Assembly: GCF_009914755.1 (NCBI RefSeq)
Contig: NC_060942.1
Source of the DNA: the human T2T-CHM13v2.0 reference genome, Homo sapiens
Strand: one strand, 5' to 3'
Length of the DNA: 64,000 nucleotides
This document shows, in pieces, positions 25,421 through 38,906 of the stretch. Both the position numbers and the translations under genes were made by a program. The notes under the pieces are model-generated. The model searched no databases. It saw only the letters and a list, made by a program, of their open reading frames with translations, and had not been told where the DNA came from. The first letter of the stretch is position 1. Each line of letters opens with the position of its first letter.

Positions 25421-26506
25421 GGGGCCACGTCTGAACACTCCAGGGGCTGAGAAGTGTTCCCTGCCTTCTATTCCCATGGAAACTGTCAATTTCATGTCTA
25501 GCTTACTATTAATATCTTTCTTGATAGTCTTGTTACTTGCAAAATTATTTTCCCTGTACATTTTATACCAATTGAATTTCTCCCCATCTTAAATAGTGCC
25601 ACCTTCAATTCTTCTAGTACTGTTTTTATTGCATCATTTCTCTATAAAGAAAAGCATTTAATAACTTATTTCCTGAGTGTTGAAATGCAAAGGACATCAA
25701 CCTTGCATTTCAAAGACTCTTCCCACCTGTTCGTACATTTCACCATTCCTACATATGAACACTCTTAAGTGTCAGCTATTGCTTTTTATTCTCTGCCTCT
25801 CAAATATGCAATGCAGTTATTAAAATTCTGCATAAGGCATCTGCAATTCCAACCTCCCATCAAATTTTCTTTTTTTTATTTGCCTATCCAAATCTTCTCT
25901 ATCCTTCAATACCTAGTTGAAAACTATCATAAGTGTCAACCTCTCATCACACTGATGTTTTTCTGAGCACCTAGAGTAATTGCCATATATTTCATTCAAG
26001 GGCTTAATCATGTTTTTCCTTGTGGCATATTATTATTTTATTGTTATTCAAATTATTTTCCATTAAATGAAATCTTTGCTTCTCAAAACCTTTAGGAAAT
26101 AATTCTGTAAGCTAAGCTTTCTAGCTAACTGAAGATTTACTTTTTTTTAGTATTAAACTTTTTCTTATTTTATCCATTGCAAACAGATATATTACCAAAA
26201 TAGATAGTATATTTCTGCTACTTTTGAAATAAACAAATGATAACTTAATAGTTCTCTTGGTTGCTTAGTATAATCACTACTGATAAAAGTTTTTCTACTG
26301 TTAAATTACAGGGTGGCTCTAATAGTGTTAGATTTTTGTTGATAGGTTACCTAAAACTACAGTGCTCACTGAAAAATATTTGTCTGATTTGTAATTTTAT
26401 ATGTTGCTTCCATTATAGATATTTATTTGTAGTTAGCTTTTGTATAGCAATCTCTCTTACTACCAGTAGTTTTCTATGATAATCAGATAACCATAGTTAT
26501 TATACA

Positions 26507-26541
26507 TACTTACACATATGTGCGTAACATATGTGTAAGTA
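26507..26541. repeat. Perfect 15-bp inverted repeat with a 5-nt spacer
   Basis: TACTTACACATATGT-GCGTA-ACATATGTGTAAGTA. Confidence 0.95.
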
Positions 26542-27246
26542 AGTTCAGAATTACAAATGAGGTACAAAGTTCTTCAGATTTAGATCTTCACATTTGGGGC
26601 ATATGACTTGCCTCCCTTGAAAGATTTCTATAGATACTTACAGCCAAATTTCAAATAGGTTTGTATTAATATTTGTACCCTGTTTTCACTTACGTTTTAC
26701 CTTTCTGACTTTATCATAAGTGTACATTCCTATAGTTTTTAACTCTGAAAAAATTAGTACAATGTGTTATACTTTTAAGAGAAACTCAAATAGGTCTTTA
26801 ATTCAAGAATCCTATCACTTGCATGAAGATCCTTACCTGCTTAATCATTGATTTTTTCAAATAGATTGCATGTGAAAAATATTTCTTAGATTCATTTAAA
26901 GGGAGAAAGAAATATAGTGGAAGTATGAACAGTTTTTAGTGCTGTTCTTCGTGTTTACTTTTGTATTGCTTTCCGGCTTTTTTTTTTTTGGAGTAAAAAT
27001 GTTTACAAAGCACATGCTTTCAGATCTCCAATACTTTCCAATTCTGTATTTAAGAGAGGTATTTCTCCAACTACAAATTTACCCTAGTTAGTTGTCAGGT
27101 TTGACTTCAGTGCAGTCAAATCGGGCTATGATTTGTATACAATTTCACAACCACTAGCTATTCACCTCAAACCTCTATATCAGATTCCTGTTTCCAGAAA
27201 TCCTCTCACATTTTTCATCTCTGAAATGGGAGGATTTCCCTTATTC

Positions 27247-28022
27247 TCCTTACAGGTCGTGCAACGGGCGTGTGGCTCCCTTCTTCTGAGCCACACTGCT
27301 CAAACATTTAGAGGGAGCTGGCAGATGGGCAGGTGGTGGAAAGCGTGGGCTCCTACGCCATGGAGCGTCGAGGGTTGAGTGTTTACAGCTCCTGAAGCCC
27401 TGGTGGGCGTGTATTACAGTGTACTCTTTCAGCTTGGCCATCCGCAGGCGTCTTGTGTTAATCAGCTCAATTAGACCCTCTGCCCTGTTGCAAGGACAGT
27501 GGGCTTTCTGTATCCCAGGTTCTTGCCCTAGTGTACCGGAAACATCGGATTGCACACGTGGGCTTGGAGGACGGGTGCAAGGTTTGATTGAGTGATAGAA
27601 GTTGCTCTCAGCCAGGTGGTTGGGGAGCCCAAAGAGGAATGGAGTGGGAAGGTGATCTTCCTCTGGAGTTGGGCCCCCCAGCTGCAGGCCTGTCCTCTGA
27701 CCGTCCCTGCGAAATTCCACGTCATCTATATCATCCTGCTGTCGATGGTCAGCCAGCCTCTGTCGGGGTGCTCTTCTCCTCCTCTGCCCCCGTCGACGTC
27801 CAGCCGCTTGTGTGTCTGTGCCCGCTAGCGTCTCTCGGGTTTATATGGGCACAAGATGGGGGGCGTGGCGAGCGAGAGTGGTCTTGGAAAATGCAACATG
27901 TGGCCGTGAAAATAGAAGTGCCTGTCCTCACTTAGGTCCGTGGGCACAGGCTCGAGGGTGGAGCCCTCACCAGGGACTCTGCAGTTCTCTACCCAGCTCT
28001 TCCCTGCCCCTCTCCCGTATCG
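27247..28022 (-). mobile_element. LTR1-family (ERV1) solo LTR
   Basis: Reverse strand starts CGATACGGGAGAGGGGCAGGGAAGAGCTGGGTAGAG. Flanking direct repeat ATTC(T) at 27243 and 28023. Confidence 0.85.
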
Positions 28023-28501
28023 ATTCTATGGTGTGCTATCATTATGAAGATATTTTAGATGTTATTTGGAAGAGAATTAAACATCTTAACATATGAATTT
28101 CTTAGCCATTTTAACTCCTTAGCCATTGAGAGGAATCTTGTCTTTGTCATCTCATTACCTGGGGCTTGGCTGTATATGGAGAGAAATGAGACATATCCGG
28201 GAACTTTGGATTGAATCACTTTTGAAGAGACAGAGACCTACTGAGGTAATGAATGAATAGATGTGGAAGGTGATGTGGAAGTAAAGTCAATATCAATGCA
28301 AGTAGGATTTGGGAGAAAATTTAGAGTAAATGAAGAAAGGCACTATAGAAAAAGAGAGAGATGAAAGAAATAGAACTGCATATTTGCTGTGTTTTAAGAA
28401 CATAATCCCCATTTACCTGCCAATTATATTTGCTAGAAATTTGAAGTTAGTTTGAGTTTAAAAATTATTCAGAAATATGTCATACAAGTCAATGTATCTT
28501 T

Positions 28502-28792
28502 TTTTATTTTTTTGAGACGGAGTCTGGCTCTGTCGCCCAGGCTGGAGCGCAGTGGTGCGATCTAGGCTCGTTGCAACCTCCCCTCCCGGGTTCAAGCGAT
28601 TCTCCTGCCTCAGCCTCTGAGTAGCTGGGACTACAGGCACGTGCCACCACGCCCGGCTAATTTTTTGTATTTTTAGTAGAGATGGGGTTTCACCTGGTTA
28701 GCTAGGATGGTCTCGAACTCCTGACCTCATGATCTGCCCGCCTCAGCTTCCCAAAGTGCTGGGACTGTAGATGTGAACCACTGCGCCCAACC
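28502..28792 (-). mobile_element. AluS (Sc/Sg-like)
   Basis: Full dimer. TSD AA..CAATGTATCTTT at 28486-28501 and 28793-28808. Confidence 0.96.
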
Positions 28793-28828
28793 AAACCAAT
28801 GTATCTTTACAGAGGAAAGACAATGACG

Positions 28829-28831
<3 letters not shown>

Positions 28832-28881
<50 letters not shown>
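28832..28881 (+). repeat. (ACT)16 trinucleotide repeat
   Basis: Direct reading of the sequence. Confidence 0.97.
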
Positions 28882-29639
28882 CAATAATAATAATTCATAA
28901 TAAAACATGTGTCCATCACCTAAGTAAAGTATGTAACTTTTCAGCATTGCTATGATTGGGATGGGAGGAAGTTTCTTATGTTATTGAAAACAGCCAGAAG
29001 AAAAGAATGGATCACAATGAAATAGCAGGAAAAATATAATAGAAGTAAATAATTTGATAAGTGAAGAATATTGTATATGGAAATAGACAGCAATATTCAT
29101 TATAAAACAAAAGTTGGAGACAACTTAGATGTCTAGAAATAGGAAATTGGTTATTTAAATACTACAAGATTAATACAGTATAATAAACATAAAAATAAAA
29201 GCTCTATTAAAGACACAGCCTCAATAAAAGTAATATGGAGTATATAAAAGAACTCATTTTTATAAAAATGTATTTACTTTATATGTATATATTTGTACAA
29301 AAAAGCCTTGGAGGAAATATAGGTTACTTCATTAGTTTCTTATAAAAGTTATTTTTAGCTGATAACATAATTTTTAGTAATTATAAATTTCTTTCTTACC
29401 TGTTAGCATTTTTCCAAAGGTCATGAATTATTACTGTAAAAAATACAATTATCACATGCATTATGGATATTTACAAATGCGTAAGTCACTCTCCAATAAA
29501 ACCATATCTTTAGACGTGGTGACTACCTCTACACTAGAAGTGCTTAGTTTCCGAATCTACCCCGTAACAAAGAGTTTTTGAACTAAGTGCAAGTATCAGC
29601 ATTTAAAACTCCAGACAACTGTCCAATAATCATGGAAGT

Positions 29640-29790
29640 CTGGCATCCCAGTGAGTTATCAAGAGCAAGTCACCTAACTTCTCTGAGCCACATTTATATC
29701 ATCTATAAAGTGATACCTTCAAGTGGGTTGCTGAGGATTAAGGGGAGCACGTGTCTTCCACCTAGCGCAAATCAAGGAATTAACAGCGGT
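29640..29790 (+). mobile_element. MIR fragment
   Basis: GCAAGTCACCTAACTTCTCTGAGCC...ATCTATAAAGTG. Confidence 0.65.
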
Positions 29791-29999
29791 AATATTACTC
29801 AATTTTTATAAACAAAATGCTCACTTAATGTAAATGGGACAACGCAAAAGAATATACATTTAGTTAACAAACTCCAGCTCTGATCATCTTTTCCCAAAAA
29901 TGTAATCTCTGCCTCTTCTTATGCTATTTTGACAGATTTAGGAAAGGATAACACTATGGCAGTGTTCCAAGCAGGTAGGATGTATTCAAGTTAAAGAAG

Positions 30000-30310
30000 T
30001 GTGCCTTGAAAGCTTATTCCTCAGACTATCATATGGCTTGCTTTTTCCTTGTTTAAATTATTTCCCATACCACCTTTCAGAAGGACCTTGCCTTATCTTC
30101 CTAAGCACCACCTCTGTCTTCATTTTTTTTCCTCTGCTTTTTTTCTCCTCTTTTTTCACTTTGCATTTGCTAAAATATTGTATACTTTATTTTTGTGATC
30201 TGTCTTCTAGAACATAAGGTCTTGCGTCTTCAGTCTTGGTGTTGCTCACCCGTATATCATCAGAATCTGGGCAAATGGTAGGCGATGAAAAACTGTTCGT
30301 TGAAAAATGC
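30000..30310 (+). mobile_element. L2 3' fragment
   Basis: Decayed L2-like sequence ending GGTAGGCGATGAAAAACTGTTCGTTGAA. Confidence 0.45.
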
Positions 30311-32156
30311 ACGAATATAGATAGAAAGATAATAGTTGATTCTAAAAAATGAAATTCAAGGCGTGCTATTGTTTATTTACTATCGAAATTGTAAATCTTC
30401 TTTCATGTTTACTTATAGCTAGTAATTCTATTTTATTTCCAAAACCCTCATCCATCAGTAATACATCCCTTCCTCATAACTCTAAAGACACATTCTTTTG
30501 CCGTCAGTAGACCTGATATGTAGGGAGCATGATAATTAACAAAATCATTTTACTACTATATTAAAAAATAATATAATTTACTTTTGTGTTTTTGTTTGCT
30601 AACCGAGTGACTTTGTCACTCATAACCTCCATGAGTCAGAGCTTCCACATCTATAAAGAGTGATTCCCACACCATCTGCTCTGTCTGCCTAACTCACTGG
30701 GTATTGTGATGAACAAATAAAATAATGCATGTGAATGTTTTCTGAGAAATGCAACCAGTATATAAACATAAAATATTTAGGAAAGAAGTCTGTAAATTTG
30801 AAATACTGAAGTAGTGAAATGTAGATTGTATAATCACAAGCTACAACAATTGAAAACATCAACAGCATTGTACTATCAAACATTTTACATGATAAATGGT
30901 GCTATGCCTGTAAAGTGTCTTTTCAGTGGGAAACATTGGGTAATCTTATTGAACAAAATAGAAAAACTTGAAGAAATGTAAAATTATTGTTCTGGGTGAT
31001 ATATAAGCCCACTGTTGACAGAAAATGACACATTGAAAACCGACAGGATTCAGAGATGGAGTATAAGTTGCAATCAGGTAAAACAGAAAATAAATGTATG
31101 CAAAAGAATCTTGTTCCTCTGACAAGACTGATAAGAAGAAAGGAAAATCTGAACCAATAGATAGGGAATAATTTGGAATTACCCAGCTAACTCATAGTGA
31201 CAGGCAAAATGGGAAAGACTTTGTCAGAAATCTGATTTCAGCAGAATGATGATGTATTTTCCAGAGATTTAGCATTAATAGGAACAAATACAACATTTGG
31301 AGTCACTTTATAAGGGAATGGTGTCTCTGTGAAAAGAGAATGCAAGTCATTTAAAATAAATCTAAACACATGGAACAAAATATGTCTGTATAATTGACTA
31401 TCTCCTAGTGACAGTGAATACTTTTAAGTTTAAAATACACGTTCCCAAGAAATCAACTCCAAGGAAATAGGTTAAGATTTATTGTGGTGTATCAAATGTG
31501 CAAAGAAACTCAGTTCTGGTCCTATAGTACTATCATTTGGTAGGTCACCTGGCTCAGATTTCTCTGGGTAACGCTCATGCAGTTTTTCCACCTCAAAAGT
31601 GGAAGAACTTCTGACTCTGATGACATGTATGCTCTATGACTATGGGATAAGTGAGCTAGGCTAGTGGAGCAGACGTGTTCTCAGACTAGGAGATGGGTGT
31701 GCTCTGGAATGGTTACATTGAGGAAAGGTAGGGTGTTTGTGACAAAATGAGCTCACAGTGATTTGTCAACAGTCCTAGAAACTTAAGACAGTGTGAGAAA
31801 AGAACATGGGAAGTAGCTGTTTTCTCTCAGGAGAGGCTGGGTGATGGGGATAGCCTGTGTAAGTGCCCTCGTATCAGAAACATAATATAAATGGGTAGAG
31901 GTAGCCAGTTGTGTTTCTCTATCTCACAAGCTGAGGAATCGGAAGAACTAGAACTATCTACTATTTTTCCTTGGATGGTTAAAATAATCTTTGCTAACTG
32001 TGTTGCTGAAAAAGAGTGTCAGTAAAATCCAAAAAGGCAGAAAGAAAATCCTTAAGACACTCTCTGCCTATTCTTGTCATGGCAGCAGACCTGGCATGGC
32101 CTTTTGATTTAACAGTACCATCTTTTTTTTTCAAAAAAAAAGTAAAATACTGAGAC

Positions 32157-32271
32157 TTTTTTTCTTTTTTTTAATTATACTTTAAGTTCTGGGGTATATG
32201 TGCACAAAGTGCAATTTTGTTACATAGGTATACACGTGCCATTGTGGTTTGCTGCACCCATCAACCTGTCA
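32157..32271 (-). mobile_element. L1PA 3' end fragment
   Basis: TTATACTTTAAGTTCTGGGGTATATGTGCAC...GCTGCACCCATCAACC. Confidence 0.9.
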
Positions 32272-32628
32272 ATTTTCTTTCGATGTCAATTAAGATGACA
32301 TTTATGGAAACTACAGCCTGGAGTTGGTGAAAAAATCCCTTTCTGAAACCATGACAAAACAATGCAAACCTAACTGAATAAGATTAAAATATTTACTCTG
32401 GGTATTTAATAACCACGGCTCCAGCAATCGGTGCATGCAGCAATAAGAAGGCAGCAAAAATGGTGAGTTAATCAACAGAAGGAATTTTTCATATGGAACA
32501 ATCTTTAGGTCTCAGCCAGGAGAGGTTTTCTTCCTGAAGACTTTTTAGGTAGAAAGTAGGTGTTTCTTTCTAATACATTTTGACCCTTCTCATACTACCA
32601 TTAACATCCTTCAAAATTTTATCAAAGG

Positions 32629-32632
<4 letters not shown>

Positions 32633-32670
<38 letters not shown>

Positions 32671-32692
32671 GAGACAGAGAGAGAGAGAGAGA
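32633..32692 (+). repeat. (GA)n microsatellite
   Basis: Direct reading, with two GACA interruptions. Confidence 0.97.
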
Positions 32693-32862
32693 ATGAATCT
32701 GTGATGAGAAACTCACCTGAGAGAAAATGTTTGTCTTACAAACAATGGCATGGTTAGTATGCATTGAGAAGAAATGTCTCAAGAGTAATATTAAAAATCT
32801 CAGAGAATGCCAAGCCAATAGAGGTAGTAAGAACACTTATTTCTGAGAGCCAAAAAAATGAA

Positions 32863-33238
32863 AACAATTGAAATGAAAACTCATGGAGATGGAGAGTACA
32901 ATGATGGTTATCAGAGGCTGGGAAGTATAGTGGAGAGCTAAGAGGAGTGAGGATGGTTAATGGGTATGAAAATATTGTTAGAAAGAGTAAATAAGATCTA
33001 ATATTTGATAGCTCAATAGATGACTATAGTCAACTATAATTTATTGTACATTTTAAAATAATAAAACAGCATAATCTGATTGTGTGTAATACAATGAAAG
33101 GATAAATGCTTTAGGTTATGGATACCCCATTTACCCTGACAGGATTTTTACACATTGTATGCCTGTATCCAAATATCTTATGTACTTCATAAATATATGT
33201 ATTATACTACTATGTAGCTAAAAAATATAAACAAAAAA
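32863..33238 (+). mobile_element. L1MA1-3-like 3' UTR
   Basis: GGATAAATGCTTTAGGTTATGGATACCCCATTTACCCTGA and an A-rich end. Confidence 0.85.
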
Positions 33239-33278
33239 CTAGCAGAAAATCCTTTTGTAATCTCTTATGCTGGAACTC

Positions 33279-33315
33279 TTCTTACTCTAGAAAAGATTAT
33301 TTTCTAGAGTAAGAA
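33279..33315. repeat. Perfect 16-bp inverted repeat with a 5-nt spacer
   Basis: TTCTTACTCTAGAAAA-GATTA-TTTTCTAGAGTAAGAA. Confidence 0.95.
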
Positions 33316-33959
33316 AAGATAGAATAATAATCACTAAATTAATGTTTATGCATTTCTTCCAGAGACAAACGTATTTTATATGCTGTAGGTATATAGAAGC
33401 TGTATCTACATATTTGTATATTTGTAGTTGTAACTAATATTATCTAGCTATATTATAATGGAAAGGGTAGGAGAGAATAAAGTTGGGTGAAATTTATGAA
33501 AACAAAATCTCTAGCAAATGAAACCAACTATAAATGTTTCATACTTTTTTGTTTCCTGAGTATTTGTCAAGAGAGAAATATAGTCTCTAACAAAATTGCG
33601 ATTAATCTAAGAAGATGAAAACATAAACTATGGTGTAAGACAACTGGGTTCCAGATTCAAATTTGTATTTGAGCGTCTGTAATACATTACAAAGGTATTT
33701 CAATGCTGTAAGCATCTGCTTCTGCATATATGAAATTAAGTCTGATAATAGCACCTATCTCATTAGGATTTTGAGATTTAATGATAAACTGCATTTTAAA
33801 CACTGAAAGGTAAGGGTGAGCTTGATTGAGGTTGAACCCCTGCAGCTTGGCTGCTCAGAACACAAGCTGACCTCCTGCATATATATCTCCAGAAAGCAGC
33901 TCACATCCAGTGCTTCAGGCATCCTAGTCTCTACTGCATGATTTGGGCTCCATAATTTT

Positions 33960-34342
33960 TCATCCCCTCCCCTCCCCTCCCCTCCTTTTCCCTCTTCTCC
34001 CCTCCCCTCTCCTCTCCTCTCCTTTCTCTCTCTCTCTCTCTCTCCCTCCTTTCCTTCCCTCCTTCCTTCCCAGTCTCCCTCTGTTGTCCAGGCTGGAGTA
34101 CATGATCTCGGCTCACTGCAGCCTCCACCTCCTGGGTTCAAGCCATTCTCCTGCCTCAGCCTCCTGAGTATCTAGGATTACAGGCACCCACCACCATGCC
34201 TGGCTAATTTTTGTATTTTTAGTAGAGATGGGGTTTCACCGTGTTGGCCAGGCTGGTCTCGAACTCCTGATCTCAAGGGAGTCTAGGTCCCCTCGGCCTC
34301 CCAAAGTGCTGGGTTTACAGGTGTGAGCCTTCGTGCCTGGTC
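33960..34342 (-). mobile_element. AluS with its tail expanded into a CCCCT/CT/CCTT tract
   Basis: TSD TGGGCTCCAT(A/G)ATTTT at 33944-33959 and 34343-34358. Confidence 0.94.
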
Positions 34343-34570
34343 TGGGCTCCATGATTTTCTGGAGACGAACATATGTTCAGATAATATGGCAGGTGTGTTG
34401 TTTGCATAGCCAGCTCTTAATGCATTGCCTGATAATGGGTAAAGCACTCAATAGAGGTTCATCACTATTATTGCTATTGTTACTTTTGGCATTTTATTGT
34501 ATAAGCACTCAATTTATGTTACTATGGTTATTATATTTTGTACTTTGGTTTTTTTTTTGTCATGCCTGTA

Positions 34571-35715
34571 CAGCAGGTCCTCAAATAACATTTTAAAATT
34601 ATTATTATTCAATATCTTTTTGATGAAAAAAAATTGACTCTTGTCTGGGGGTCACACTCTGTGTGGAGTTCGCATGTTCTCTCCAGGTCAGCCTGGGTTT
34701 TCTCCAGATACTCTGCTTCTTCCCATATCCCAAAGACATGCCGTTAGGGTCTTTAGTGTATTTGCATGGTCCCAGTCTGAGTGAGCCATGGGGGTGTTTG
34801 TGGGGCGGCCCTGCAAGCAATTGCAATCTGTCCAGGGCAGGTTCCTGCCTGTCACCCTGAGCTGCTGGGAGAGACTCCCATACCTGTGAACCTGAACTGG
34901 AATAAGAAGGTTAGGAAATAGATTAATGGGCTGTGTGTGGCAGTGTGGGCCTGTAATCCCAGCAGTTTGAGAGGCTGAGACAGGAGGATCACTTGAGGCC
35001 AGGAATTCAAGACCAAACTGGGCAACATAGCAAGACCCTATCTCAAAAAAAAATTAGCCAGGTGTGGTGGTGCATGCCTGTAGTCCAAGCTGCTCAGGAG
35101 GCTGAAGTGGGAGGAGTACTTGAGCTCTGCGGTTGAGGCTGCAGTGAGCTAAGATTGTGCCGTTGCACTCCAGCTTGAGTGACAGAGCAAGACCCTGTCT
35201 AAAAAAAAAAAAAAGAAAAAAAGAATACAAATTACGTAAAATTAAAAAAAGAACTGTTAACATACAGTCATTGTACATACACATGACAATAAACCATGCA
35301 TTAGGGAAAATTCTCAGTGAATCTACCCTATTTGTTCTGTTTGTGTTTGAACTGTGTGGTGGCCTGAGGTGTTCCTGACAATCCTTGCATTGTACATGTT
35401 AATTCCTCGATTTAACCCACCACCATTATGACTGGCTTCACTCACTGATTCACCAAAAATTGGGCAAATAGTTATCTTATTTGTTTTTATGAGTGTTTCT
35501 TAAATGTATATATAGCTCACATTTATTTCAACGCCAATATTTAATATTAAAAGTGTTTGCGTCTTTGTTTAGAAGTTTGGTGATTTTTTTGTGACCAGAA
35601 ATATGCCATAGGGACTTAGCTCTTGTTTATATCAATTAGCCTATGGTAAAATTGGTTTCATTATACATCATTTTGCTTAAAGTCACAGTTTCCAAAAACC
35701 TATGAGATCTTATTT
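34571..35715 (+). mobile_element. MER6 DNA transposon (Tigger group), interrupted by an AluJ
   Basis: Starts TA|CAGCAGGTCCTCAAATAAC. Internal TGTGTGGAGTTCGCATGTTCTC and ACTCACTGATTCACCAAAAATTGGG. The right end is degraded. Confidence 0.88.
34929..35222 (+). mobile_element. AluJ
   Basis: AGGATCACTTGAGGCCAGG...GGCAACATAGCAAGACCC and a poly-A tail. Confidence 0.93.
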
Positions 35716-35804
35716 TATTGTTGAGAAAGATAGAAGTAATATCATTACACTTCTGTTGACTTTAGGTTATTTAAACCTTGTGACACTGTTCATTTAATAC
35801 AAGG

Positions 35805-37250
<1,446 letters not shown>

Positions 37251-38156
37251 AACAACAATTGTGATTGATGGTCCTTGAAATTTGAAAATGGAAACATTGT
37301 GTCAGACAAACTTCTGTAACAATGGAAGCAAAAAGCATTTTACTGAAGCCAGGCTTGGATTATAAGTGGCCTGATGTAAGACAGAATCTTCTCTCGGATC
37401 TAAACCAGTACCCAGCTCTTTGCTCCTGGATAATGTCTATAGTTTCTCTGCATTTTGCTTTTGCCTAATTGTTCATAAGTTGAGAACACATTTGTACTCA
37501 TTCTCAGCCTTCTTGAATCCAAAACACCCTCTCCATTTTGGTTTCTGATGTCCTGCACACAGATGTCTTAGACTTTTCATTCCCTGCCCTACCTCAGTGT
37601 TTGCTGATTGCGTGGTGAGGTGCTGCTGTCGCTGTGTTTTTAATGGGTGAATTTTTTTTTTTGATATTCCAAAGTTCCATTCTTAGATTCATTGCTCAAC
37701 CCTACACCTTTGCAGATGTTTTGTTTGAGTCAATATTTTGGTGAACCTTGAAACCACTGGACTGAATTGATCAAATTTGAAATGTACTCCAACTGCTCTT
37801 GTGGACAGACATTGAAAGAAGAATAAAGAGAACAATAAAACAACCTTTATATTATTTCAGATAGAGTTTATTTTATAGAAAAAATTGCAACACATTTATG
37901 CCTTGAAAAGCAAATGTTTAAACATTCCCAGTAATACTCTTGACCTTAGATACTACAGATTCATTTAGACAATACAGTGACTCCACAGGCAACTATAATA
38001 TTAGAGATGGTTTAATTGACAAAAAAACCCCAAAATGTTCAAATGTGATTGGTCTGGCCAAGATAAAGCAGCCAGTTAGGGGCAGAGCTGGGATAATAAA
38101 CCAAGGCTACTGACTTTCAGTTTAGGATTCTCTCTCAATAGGCTATGCTGCTTCAT

Positions 38157-38158
<2 letters not shown>

Positions 38159-38202
<44 letters not shown>
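38159..38202 (+). repeat. (CA)22 microsatellite
   Basis: Direct reading of the sequence. Confidence 0.97.
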
Positions 38203-38205
<3 letters not shown>

Positions 38206-38289
38206 ATTTTCTAAAGCTGAAATAAATCACATTAACAACACATATCACATAGAACAGTGTTTTTCTCTACCTACCACAATGTTATTTTA

Positions 38290-38451
38290 TTTTATTTTTT
38301 AAATATATATTTTTATTATACTTTAAATTCTAGGGTACATGTACACAACGTGCAGGTTTGTTACATATGTATACATGTGCCATGTTGGTGTGCTGCACCC
38401 ATTAACTCGTCATTTACATTAGGTGTATCTCCTAATGTATCCCTCCCCCCT
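38290..38451 (-). mobile_element. Short L1PA (about L1PA4-5) 3' end
   Basis: Perfect 16-bp TSD CCACAATGTTATTTTA at 38274-38289 and 38452-38467. Confidence 0.95.
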
Positions 38452-38906
38452 CCACAATGTTATTTTAAAAAGACTAAAGATACATAAATCTACATTATAC
38501 AGTACATATTAGGAAATGCTATTAAAAACCAAGCATAAAATTAATCTTAGTTCTACAAAAATTAATTTTAATTAATATTTATGGATTTATCTATCATGAT
38601 TCAGAATAATATAAAGTGTAAATTTACTATATATTGTCAAATATAGCATATTTGGAATGAAAATCTAAGTGTATGTCTCAATAGATATTTTTCCATATGC
38701 CATTTGCATTACAAAACATGTAATTGTACCATTTACTACATTATAATATTTTACATTAATACTGACAATTATTTTAATTGCCATATTCTTGCATAAACTG
38801 TCTGGTCTTCCTGTTTACAAATGAAAAAAATGCATTATTTCTTCCTGTTGTGAAGTTAGAGGAACTCAACATGATAAAGCAGAGATCATAAGGGGTAAAT
38901 ATGATA

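Noticed and set aside
27250-27720. Longest ORF (156 aa, - strand) and the overlapping ORF cluster
   Set aside because: It lies wholly within the GC-rich LTR1, where stop codons are rare. This is the one ORF above 140 aa, and it has no recognisable domain.
32122-32142. C-T9-C-A9-G palindrome
   Set aside because: It is made of homopolymer runs and carries little information.
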